Shown: one piece after another, positions 55,802-64,000 of the stretch
Layout of the letters: every line of letters begins with the position of its first letter
Position numbering within the stretch: position 1 is the first letter of the stretch
Source: Bacteroidota bacterium
Lineage (GTDB): Bacteria > Bacteroidota > Bacteroidia > UKL13-3
Reading direction: 5' to 3'
Assembly: GCA_013298895.1 (NCBI GenBank)
Contig: JAAFJM010000002.1
Span: 6,427 to 70,426 of the forward strand
Length of the DNA: 64,000 bases
Notes under the pieces: model-generated
The model's input: the letters and a program-made list of their open reading frames with translations, nothing else
What the model was told of the DNA's origin: nothing
The model's database searches: none
Made by a program: the position numbers and the translations under genes

Positions 55802-56488
55802 ATGAAAAACAAAACCATGAACAAAACAGCTTTGATAGTAGCAGGTGGAAGCGGAACGCGTATGGAAAGCAATTTACCCAAACAGTTTTTACTATTGGCG
55901 GGAAAACCTATTTTAATGCACACCATTGAAGCATTTTATAATAGTGGAGTCAACCAAATTGTTTTAGTTTTACCTCAAAGCCAAATAGAATTTTGGAACC
56001 AATTATGCCTAACACATCAATTTACCATTCATCACCAAATAGTAGCTGGTGGAGCATCTCGTTTCGAATCGGTTCAAAATGGTTTACAGCACTGTAACGA
56101 TAATGATTTAGTAGCCATTCACGATGGAGTAAGGCCTTTTATAAGTAAAGAAATTATAACACTAAGCTTTGACAAAGCTACACAAAAAGGAAATGCAGTA
56201 GCAGCAGTCCGCTTAAAAGACTCGATAAGAAAAGTTGAACTACTAAGTAATAAAAATGTGAACAGAGATAATTATTACCTGATTCAGACTCCACAAACTT
56301 TTAAAGCCAATTTAATTAAAGAGGCTTATGCAGCGCAAGATCATATTAACTTTACCGATGATGCAAGTGTTTTAGAATCAAACGGACACGCTATTAACTT
56401 AATAGCTGGTGATTACAAAAACATAAAAATAACTACGCCCGAAGATTTACTGGTTGGAGAAGCTTTTTTATCAAATAAAACTCGTTAA
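55802..56488 (+). CDS. ispD: 2-C-methyl-D-erythritol 4-phosphate cytidylyltransferase (start may be 55817)
   Basis: VAGGSGTRM..PKQF, IHDGVRPF, QTPQTF, TDDAS and NIKITTPEDL. Confidence 0.93.
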   Translation: MKNKTMNKTALIVAGGSGTRMESNLPKQFLLLAGKPILMHTIEAFYNSGVNQIVLVLPQSQIEFWNQLCLTHQFTIHHQIVAGGASRFESVQNGLQHCNDNDLVAIHDGVRPFISKEIITLSFDKATQKGNAVAAVRLKDSIRKVELLSNKNVNRDNYYLIQTPQTFKANLIKEAYAAQDHINFTDDASVLESNGHAINLIAGDYKNIKITTPEDLLVGEAFLSNKTR

Positions 56489-56544
56489 CCTTTCAATAAA
56501 TTTATTATATCTGCAATATTAAATTATCAAAAAGGGCATACAAA

Positions 56545-56577
56545 AAAAGGGCAACTCAAAATTTGAGTTGCCCTTTT
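56545..56577. terminator. Bidirectional terminator
   Basis: aaaagggcaactcaaa-a-tttgagttgccctttt. Confidence 0.85.
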
Positions 56578-56595
56578 AGTTTGTAACTATTTGTC

Positions 56596-59500
56596 TTAAT
56601 ATTTAAATAATTTCATTACCTGTGTTTCGCCATTAATATTGAAACGAACAAAATAAATTCCATTATTAAAATTATTACAATTATCAATAACTATTGTATT
56701 TGAGCCTTGCACAACAAATTCATTTTTTGAAACAATAACCTTTCCTTGAATATCTAGAATGTCGTAAGTAATATTACCTTCAACATTTGATACAAAAGAA
56801 ATATTAAAATCATTTGTGAAAGGATTAGGGAAAACAGCAACCGAATTTTTTGATTCACCATTTACACTGATTCTTATGATTTGAGAATAACTTATGGTTC
56901 CGTCAAAATCAATTTGTTTTAAACGATAATAAACCAAAGGTGAGTTATTTAAAACACCTGCATCTAGTAAGTTATAGTTAATTGTGGCATTGCTATTACC
57001 TGCACCTTTAACAAAACCAATAGTTTTAAAAATTTTAGCGTCAAATGATCTTTCCACTTCAAAACCTTTATTATTAATTTCAGATACAGTTACCCATTTT
57101 AATATTACGTCACTATTTTTAGTAATTCCATTAAATGATAATAATTTAACTGGAAGTGTAATATTGTTATTTGAATTAGCTGCAGAAAATTTATTATGCA
57201 TATATTTACCATTGTATTCGTAAACATCAAAAGTATAATCTGTAAAATTAGATAATCCTGTTACATTTACTGTATTACCTGAACCTTTATATACAATGTA
57301 ATTACCTGCACCAGTTAAACTTGATGTAACTAAACTACCAAAAACAGAATTTGCTGTATACATAACTGTATCGTAAGGAGCAATAGCTGAGGTTGTTGTC
57401 AAACGTGCTACTACAATTCGTTCTTGTCCATTACCTACAGTAAATGAAACGCCCATTTCGGCTCCGGCAGGATTAGGAGTCAAATTAATAGAACTTGCAA
57501 TAACTGTTGGTGTTGTTAAAGTAAGAACTTCAATATCATCTATTGCCCAACCCTCATCTGTTCCAAATTGATCTGCGGCAAAATGGAAACGGAACTTAAC
57601 ATTTGATTGACCAGCAGCCCCTGTTAAAGAAGTTGCACTTTGAACCCAACCATTAACTTGACTTGCATACGTTCCAGTTGTATTTGTAAATTTACTTCCA
57701 GATGAAATAAAACCACTAGTGTTTGTTAAGTTATGCCAAGAATAACTACTTAAAGTATTAAAATTAGTTCCCGTTCCTGTTTGGTTGTTTAATCTAGTCC
57801 AAGGACCATTATTTATTGATATTTCAACAACCCCACAATCCCAACCTGGATCATTGTTAGTTTTATGCTTATTTCTAAATCTTAAAATTGGATCTGAAGT
57901 TATTGTAGAAAAATCAAACTGAGGAGAAACCAAAGCAGCTTCTTCATCTCCGAATCCACCATAATTCCCTGTTAAATTAGTAACATATGCATTTGGTGCA
58001 GAATAAGCACCATTCATAAAGGCTTTTGTTGGTGTTCCTAAAGCCCATGAGTTATATCTTGAGTTTAGAGATACACTAGTCCATCCATTATTTCCTAACG
58101 TATCAAAATTCTGAGCATATGGTAAACTAGAAACAATCGGAGAAGTAACAAAACTATCTTGACTACTGTATGCAGTACCAACACTGTTAACAGCATAAGC
58201 ACGGTAATAGTATTTTGTAGTATGCGTTAAAGCAATCATATTAAAATTAAAACTACCTGTAGCGGCATTTGGAGTTGTGACTGAATCTATAACTCCTACA
58301 CCACCTACTGCAGGTAATGAAGATGTGCTTAAAACCACCCCACTAACTGTTATTGGAGCACCTCCATCATTTACAATTGTACCACCAACAGTAGCAACAG
58401 TAGTACCAATTGTATTTGCAACATTGCTATTTATCAAAGCTAAAGTAGCACTTGCGTTAGTAGTAAATGTACTATCAGCACCGTAACTAGTACCAATACC
58501 ATTTTTAGCATAAGCGCGATAATAATAAGTTGTAGCATTTGTAAGTCCAATAATATTTTTACTAAATAATCCAGTTGTTGCTAATGGACTAGATGCTGAA
58601 TCAATTACTCCAATACCACCTCTTACAGGTGATGGTGACGTGCTATATACAACACCGCTTTCAGTTATTGTTGCATTTCCATTACTAATTATATTACCCG
58701 ATAGCGTTGCATTATTGGTTGTAATACTTGATTTAGTACCAGTAACAACTGTTGGAGCTACAGGAGGGAATACTTCAATATTATCAACAGCCCAACCTTC
58801 ATCAGTTCCAAAGAAATTAAATGTTGTACTTTCAAAACGCATTCTAACCTTAACATTAGACTGGCCTGCTGCACCAGTTAACCTAGTTGTACTTTGTATC
58901 CAGCCATTTGACTGTGATGCGTACAATGTGGCATTTCCAGTAAAAATTGGTCCACCTGTAGATGCCCAAAAATTATTTGGACCATTATACCATGCTATAC
59001 TTCCATTTGTACTATTGAAATTTGCACCTATACCAAAATTATCATCTAATTTAGTCCAAACGCCATTGTTAATTGAAATTTCAACTACTGCTAAATCAAC
59101 TCCTGATACAGTGCGAAACTTGTGTTGGAACCTTAATATTGGGTCAGCTGTTTGAGTAGAAAAATCAAATTGAGGAGATGTTAATGCTGCATTAGTACTA
59201 TTAGCATAATTACCAGTTATATTTGTAACCCATGCATTTGGTGCACTGAATGCATTATTAATAATTGTTTTTGCAGGAGTCCCCAATTGCCAAGGATTAA
59301 TTGTTCCTGAAACAGTGTTTGCACCCCATCCATTATTGCTTGAAATGATATCGAAATTTTCACTATATGGTATTACTGAAACAATAGGAGCAGTTGTAAA
59401 ACTATCTTGTGTACTATATGCAGTTCCAATACCATTGATAGCATATGCACGATAATAATATTTAGTTGAATGGGTTAAACCTGCTAATGTAAAATTAAAT

Positions 59501-61977
59501 ACTCCAGAAGAAATATTAGGTGTTGTAATTGAATCGACAACTCCAACTCCACCAATTACTGGTGAAGGATTAGTTGAGTAAACAACACCACTTAATGTTA
59601 TTGGGTCACCACCATTATTTACTATGGTACCTCCAATAACAGCACTAGTTGGTTTAATAAGTGTGGCTCCATTTTTATTAATAGAAGCAATTGTTGAACT
59701 TGCATTAGTTGTAAAAACGCTATCAGCACCATAGGTTGTTCCAACAGCATTTTTAGCGTAAGCACGGTAATAGTAGGTAGTAGCATTACTCAAACCAGTA
59801 ATATTTTTATTAAATATACCTAAAGTAGCTAAAGGACTTGAAGCTGAATCAACCACACCAATACCACCACGAACTGGAGCAGGTGTTGTGCTGTAAACAA
59901 TTCCGCTTTCCGTAACTGCGCTAAAACCATTTGATAAAATATTTCCACTTAGTGTGGCTGTATTAGAAGTTATATTAGAACTATTACTGGTTGAAACTGT
60001 AGGACTAACAGGTAAGAATACTTCAATATTATCAACTGCCCAACCTTCATCTACAAATCCATCTGCCCAAAAGCGAAATCTAAATTTAACATTTGATTGA
60101 CCCATTGCACCTGTTAAAGGGGTAACAGATGTAATCCAACCATTAACGTGAGAAGAGTAAGCTGTACTTAAATTATTGAACTTATTGGCACCTAAAGTTC
60201 CATTTGCCGCACTTGTATTGTACCATGCTGTACTATTTGCTGTATTAAAATTAGGCCCTGTACCTGTAGTATTATCTAATCTTGTCCAAGCACCATTATT
60301 AATTGAAATTTCTACTACACCAGCATCCCAGCCAATGTCATTTGATTCATCAAATTTATGCTTAAAACTAACAACAGGAGTTACTGTTAAAGCTGAAAAA
60401 TCGAATTGAGGTGAGGTTAAACCACAATCTTCAGTTCCGAGATAATTACCTGATAATTTTGTAACAAAACAATTAGGGGCTGAAAATGCTGAATTTAAAA
60501 AAGTTTTTGTAGGTGTACCTTTTTCCCAAGAATTAGTACCGGCATTAATCGTATTTGTTGTCCAAATAGTTGTTGGAGCATCAAAATTTTCGCTGTATGG
60601 TAAAATTGAAACTATTGGGGCTGTTGTAAAACTATCTTGAGAACTATATGCAGTACCGATACTATTAATGGCATATGCTCTGTAATAATATTTTGTAGAA
60701 TGTGTTAAACCTCCTAAAACAAAGTTAAATGACCCACTAGGAACATTTGGAGTTGTAACAGAATCTACTACTCCAACACCCCCAATACTAGGCATTGAAG
60801 AAGTTGAAAACACAACACCACTTACTGTTATAGGGTCGCCTCCATTGTTCAATATAGTACCACCAACAGATGCAGAACTAGTAGTAACTCCACTAGGGGC
60901 ATTTCTATTAATTGAGGCAATCGTTGAACCTGCATTTGTGGTAAAACTGCTGTCTGCACCATAAGTTGTACCTACACTATTAATAGCGTAAGCACGGTAA
61001 AAATAGGTTGTTGCATTACTTAATCCAGCAATATCTTTTGTAAAAGTACCTGCAGTAGCTGTTGGTGAGGTTATAGAATCAATTACACCAACTCCTCCAA
61101 TTGTTGGACTTGCACTTGTTCCAATAACGAAGCCACTTGCTGTAATCGCTGGAAATGTATTTCCAACGATTGAACCAGAAAGTGTAACGGTATTTGTTAA
61201 AATATTGGTTTTAGTACCTGTTGATACAACTGGAGCAGCAGGAGTTGGGGGCGCAAATTGATATATTTGACCAGTAGCAGGTTTAACATTAATACCAGTT
61301 GTTTCAACTGTTGAACTAGCTGTAGGAGTCATTCCAGAATTATTCAATGAAAGAAATTTACCCGCACCTGTTGTTACACTGGTTATACCGATAGAAGCAG
61401 AACCAAAAGTTAAAGGAGTAATTTCTTGACGGTAAATAAATTGAATATTTCCTGAGTTTTTAAATAATTTAACTTGGAAAGACATAGTAGGACCACCCAT
61501 GAACGCCCAATCAACATCTAACCATTCAGCAGTGAAAACACTATCACTAGTAGCAGCGATGTAATCTGTTTTGTATTTAAAAGTAATCCCAGAACCATCA
61601 TGATCATCCCATAATGGAGCCAATACAGGTCTTGCAAGTGCAATTCCTGAATTTAAATTATTGCCCCAAGCATTTTCTGTCATAGAACCAATTAAACTTA
61701 ACCATCCATTTGTACAGCCTGCAGCCGTATTATATGTAGCTCCATCGTAACTAAAGTTGAATCCTAATGGAATATTGTTGTAATACCCATCGTCTGTGGT
61801 TCCTCCAGATAAAGTCATTGTAGTACCACCAACTAGTGGTACAAAAGTTCCAGAACTTGCTGTAAAAACATAATTCGAAACTTGAGCCCTTAAGTCATTA
61901 TTGTATCCACTTATAAAAAGCAAAAGCAATAACGAGAAATAGAACTTAAAATTGAGTTTTGTAATAATTTTTTTCAT
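56596..61977 (-). CDS. Large repetitive T9SS-secreted surface protein (three modules of 2x FN3-like + 1x MAM/jelly-roll-like domain)
   Basis: Six YYYRAYAxNxxGTxY repeats, three PYSENFD...WxxGTP...SPQFDFS...DEGWAVDNIEV domains, LPVKLLSF...YYRLKQIDFDG and VFPNPF CTD. Confidence 0.85.
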   Translation of the reverse strand: MKKIITKLNFKFYFSLLLLLFISGYNNDLRAQVSNYVFTASSGTFVPLVGGTTMTLSGGTTDDGYYNNIPLGFNFSYDGATYNTAAGCTNGWLSLIGSMTENAWGNNLNSGIALARPVLAPLWDDHDGSGITFKYKTDYIAATSDSVFTAEWLDVDWAFMGGPTMSFQVKLFKNSGNIQFIYRQEITPLTFGSASIGITSVTTGAGKFLSLNNSGMTPTASSTVETTGINVKPATGQIYQFAPPTPAAPVVSTGTKTNILTNTVTLSGSIVGNTFPAITASGFVIGTSASPTIGGVGVIDSITSPTATAGTFTKDIAGLSNATTYFYRAYAINSVGTTYGADSSFTTNAGSTIASINRNAPSGVTTSSASVGGTILNNGGDPITVSGVVFSTSSMPSIGGVGVVDSVTTPNVPSGSFNFVLGGLTHSTKYYYRAYAINSIGTAYSSQDSFTTAPIVSILPYSENFDAPTTIWTTNTINAGTNSWEKGTPTKTFLNSAFSAPNCFVTKLSGNYLGTEDCGLTSPQFDFSALTVTPVVSFKHKFDESNDIGWDAGVVEISINNGAWTRLDNTTGTGPNFNTANSTAWYNTSAANGTLGANKFNNLSTAYSSHVNGWITSVTPLTGAMGQSNVKFRFRFWADGFVDEGWAVDNIEVFLPVSPTVSTSNSSNITSNTATLSGNILSNGFSAVTESGIVYSTTPAPVRGGIGVVDSASSPLATLGIFNKNITGLSNATTYYYRAYAKNAVGTTYGADSVFTTNASSTIASINKNGATLIKPTSAVIGGTIVNNGGDPITLSGVVYSTNPSPVIGGVGVVDSITTPNISSGVFNFTLAGLTHSTKYYYRAYAINGIGTAYSTQDSFTTAPIVSVIPYSENFDIISSNNGWGANTVSGTINPWQLGTPAKTIINNAFSAPNAWVTNITGNYANSTNAALTSPQFDFSTQTADPILRFQHKFRTVSGVDLAVVEISINNGVWTKLDDNFGIGANFNSTNGSIAWYNGPNNFWASTGGPIFTGNATLYASQSNGWIQSTTRLTGAAGQSNVKVRMRFESTTFNFFGTDEGWAVDNIEVFPPVAPTVVTGTKSSITTNNATLSGNIISNGNATITESGVVYSTSPSPVRGGIGVIDSASSPLATTGLFSKNIIGLTNATTYYYRAYAKNGIGTSYGADSTFTTNASATLALINSNVANTIGTTVATVGGTIVNDGGAPITVSGVVLSTSSLPAVGGVGVIDSVTTPNAATGSFNFNMIALTHTTKYYYRAYAVNSVGTAYSSQDSFVTSPIVSSLPYAQNFDTLGNNGWTSVSLNSRYNSWALGTPTKAFMNGAYSAPNAYVTNLTGNYGGFGDEEAALVSPQFDFSTITSDPILRFRNKHKTNNDPGWDCGVVEISINNGPWTRLNNQTGTGTNFNTLSSYSWHNLTNTSGFISSGSKFTNTTGTYASQVNGWVQSATSLTGAAGQSNVKFRFHFAADQFGTDEGWAIDDIEVLTLTTPTVIASSINLTPNPAGAEMGVSFTVGNGQERIVVARLTTTSAIAPYDTVMYTANSVFGSLVTSSLTGAGNYIVYKGSGNTVNVTGLSNFTDYTFDVYEYNGKYMHNKFSAANSNNNITLPVKLLSFNGITKNSDVILKWVTVSEINNKGFEVERSFDAKIFKTIGFVKGAGNSNATINYNLLDAGVLNNSPLVYYRLKQIDFDGTISYSQIIRISVNGESKNSVAVFPNPFTNDFNISFVSNVEGNITYDILDIQGKVIVSKNEFVVQGSNTIVIDNCNNFNNGIYFVRFNINGETQVMKLFKY

Positions 61978-62125
61978 GAAATTTTTATTAATTTTACTTA
62001 GACAATTATAATTAAATTCTTCTTAAAAAAACAAATACTTAAATATTTTATTTTTGAATGATATAAAATAGCCCCTAAAAGCCTTTAATATAATATATTC
62101 GCACACCCTATTTTCAACTAAAAAA

Positions 62126-63211
62126 GTGACAAAATACAATGTAATTGGCTTAATGAGTGGCACTTCTATGGATGGAGTGGATATAGCTTATTGCGAATTT
62201 TTGTTTGAAAATGGAAAATGGAGCTATACAATTAAAGAGGCTAAAACCATTCCTTACGACCAAAATTGGATGGTACGTTTATCTCAATTATACAAACAAC
62301 CGATTCATTTATTTCCTAAAACAGATGCCTTTTACGGTAGATATTTAGGAAAAATAACACGTCAATTTATTGACGAGCATAACCTTAAAGTTGATTTTGT
62401 TTCCTCTCATGGGCACACTATTTTTCATCAACCAGAAAATGGCTTTACCGCCCAAATAGGTTGCGGGGCAGGCATAAGCGCTGAATGTGGTTTACCAGTT
62501 GTAAATAATTTTAGGGTTATGGATATAGTTCTTGGCGGACAAGGTGCTCCATTGGTTCCAATTGGTGACCAATTTTTATTTGCCGATTACGATGCCTGTC
62601 TAAATTTAGGTGGTTTTTCAAACATAAGTTTTAGAAATTGCCAAAAAGCTTTTGATATTTCTCCATGTAATATGGCTTTTAATTTATTTGCAAATGAGCT
62701 CAATTTACCATTTGATGAGGATGGTAAAATTGCTGCAAGTGGAAGTATCCATGATGAATTATTAATGGAACTGAATAACATTGATTTTTACAAAAAAAAT
62801 AACGCCAAATCGTTAGGAATTGAATGGTTTAACCAATCATTTTTTTCTATCCTAAATCGATTTGAAACCATTTCAATACCCGATAAAATGGCTACTATCA
62901 ACTTACATGTAGCTCAACAAATTGCCAAAGTCATAAACACGGAAAATATTGACAATCTACTTGTTACAGGTGGTGGAGCACATAATAAAATTTTAATTCA
63001 AAACATTCAAGCATCAACTAAAACTCAAATTATAATTCCAGATAGTTTAACCATCAATTACAAAGAAGCGTTGATATTTGCTTTTTTAGGTGTGTTAAGA
63101 ATAAGGAACGAAATCAATATTCTAAAATCGGTAACTGGAGCGGTAAGTAATAGCATTGGCGGTGCTTTACACGGAAATTTCAGCAGGTTGATTGGGAAAT
63201 TAAAAGATTGA
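62126..63211 (+). CDS. anmK: Anhydro-N-acetylmuramic acid kinase
   Basis: IGLMSGTSMDGVD, SHGHTIFHQP, GGQGAPLVP, NLGGFSN, GGGAHN and KEALIFAFLG; GTG start. Confidence 0.95.
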   Translation: MTKYNVIGLMSGTSMDGVDIAYCEFLFENGKWSYTIKEAKTIPYDQNWMVRLSQLYKQPIHLFPKTDAFYGRYLGKITRQFIDEHNLKVDFVSSHGHTIFHQPENGFTAQIGCGAGISAECGLPVVNNFRVMDIVLGGQGAPLVPIGDQFLFADYDACLNLGGFSNISFRNCQKAFDISPCNMAFNLFANELNLPFDEDGKIAASGSIHDELLMELNNIDFYKKNNAKSLGIEWFNQSFFSILNRFETISIPDKMATINLHVAQQIAKVINTENIDNLLVTGGGAHNKILIQNIQASTKTQIIIPDSLTINYKEALIFAFLGVLRIRNEINILKSVTGAVSNSIGGALHGNFSRLIGKLKD

Positions 63212-63290
63212 AAAATTACCAAATACAAACAACAAAGTACTAACAACTATAAACTTAGAGCTAAGAAACTAAGAACTATAAACTAAGAAC
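63191..63290 (+). repeat. Octamer then heptamer tandem tracts spanning the anmK stop and the next intergenic gap
   Basis: attgggaa attaaaag attgaaaa attaccaa (63191-63222); aaacaac aaagtac taacaac tataaac ttagagc taagaaac taagaac tataaac taagaac (63227-63290). Confidence 0.7.
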
Positions 63291-63294
63291 TATT

Positions 63295-64000
63295 ATGCAA
63301 TTAGATAAATTAATAAAAAAATACGAAGACAAACAACCTGAGATTGTTTTTGAATGGAAAGACAGTGAAACCGAAGCTGAAGGCTGGGTAGTTATTAACT
63401 CATTACGCGGTGGTGCTGCAGGCGGAGGAACTCGTATGCGCAAAGGTTTGAACAAACATGAAGTTACTTCCTTAGCCAAAACAATGGAAATTAAATTTAC
63501 CATTGCAGGACCTGCTATTGGTGGTGCTAAAAGTGGTATTAACTTCGACCCTGCTGATCCTCGTAAAAAAGGTGTTTTAGAGCGTTGGTATAAAGCAGTT
63601 ATGCCATTGCTTAAAACTTACTACGGTACTGGTGGCGATTTAAACGTAGATGAAATACACGAAGTAATTCCAATTACTGAAAAATTAGGTTTGTTACATC
63701 CTCAAGAAGGTGTGGTAAATGGTCATTTTAAAGTGAATGCTGAATCAACTAAAAAACGTATAGCTAATTTAACCGAAGGAGTTTCAAAAAAATTAACCGA
63801 CCTACGTTTTATTCCTGCTGATGACAAAAACTTAGTTACAGCCGATATGATTACAGGTTTTGGTGTAGCTGAAGCTGTGCGCCATTATTATGGTATTTGG
63901 GGAGGAAATGTAAACATGAAACGTGCCATTATTCAAGGTTGGGGTAATGTAGGAGCTGCTGCTGCTTATTACTTAAGTTTATATGGTGTAATGATAGTTG
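63295..64000 (+). CDS. Glu/Leu/Phe/Val dehydrogenase family protein, 5' part (runs off the window end)
   Basis: Manual translation MQLDKLIKKYEDKQPEIVFEWKDSETEAEGWVVINSLRGGAAGGGTRMRKG...GPAIGGAKSGINFDP...QGWGNVG. Confidence 0.9.
   Translation, partial: MQLDKLIKKYEDKQPEIVFEWKDSETEAEGWVVINSLRGGAAGGGTRMRKGLNKHEVTSLAKTMEIKFTIAGPAIGGAKSGINFDPADPRKKGVLERWYKAVMPLLKTYYGTGGDLNVDEIHEVIPITEKLGLLHPQEGVVNGHFKVNAESTKKRIANLTEGVSKKLTDLRFIPADDKNLVTADMITGFGVAEAVRHYYGIWGGNVNMKRAIIQGWGNVGAAAAYYLSLYGVMIV

Noticed and set aside
58277..60409. Antisense ORFs (up to 171 aa) inside the large T9SS gene, and the many other short nested ORFs in the track
   Set aside because: They are shadow frames of real genes with biased codon usage and carry no independent signals.
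7793..63290. Short tandem tracts as CRISPR arrays
   Set aside because: Units are 7-8 bp with no unique spacers, and no cas genes are present.

Overview
AT-rich (roughly 30% GC by eye) chromosomal segment of a Bacteroidota bacterium. The assignment rests on T9SS genes porZ and porQ, several T9SS C-terminal-domain cargo proteins, the fused lpxC-fabZ and TAnnTTTG promoters. About 50 CDSs are present, mostly housekeeping: lpxD (partial), dnaG, nrdAB, pit, cmk, lhgO, lpxC/fabZ, lpxA, a DEAD helicase, scoA, clpS, plsY, ldcA, rpe, pdxA, sucC, ispD, anmK and a partial amino-acid dehydrogenase. There are also many outer-membrane and secreted proteins. I saw no rRNA, tRNA, CRISPR array, transposase or integrase. 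The most striking structure is a four-helix-bundle (23S-IVS/Avd-like) gene between nrdB and nrdA, bracketed by a perfect 22-bp inverted repeat built from heptamer units. In the mRNA it could loop out like an rRNA intervening sequence. At least seven other intergenic gaps hold degenerate 7- or 8-bp tandem repeat tracts, some of the same family, that may be scars of such cassettes. Other points of interest are a three-hairpin REP-like element upstream of dnaG, a Cys-rich zinc-ribbon-like extension on ArsC, a nonsense-interrupted gene, an unlisted 58-aa membrane ORF and a double-barrel SPOR protein. All product calls come from motif recognition, not database searches.
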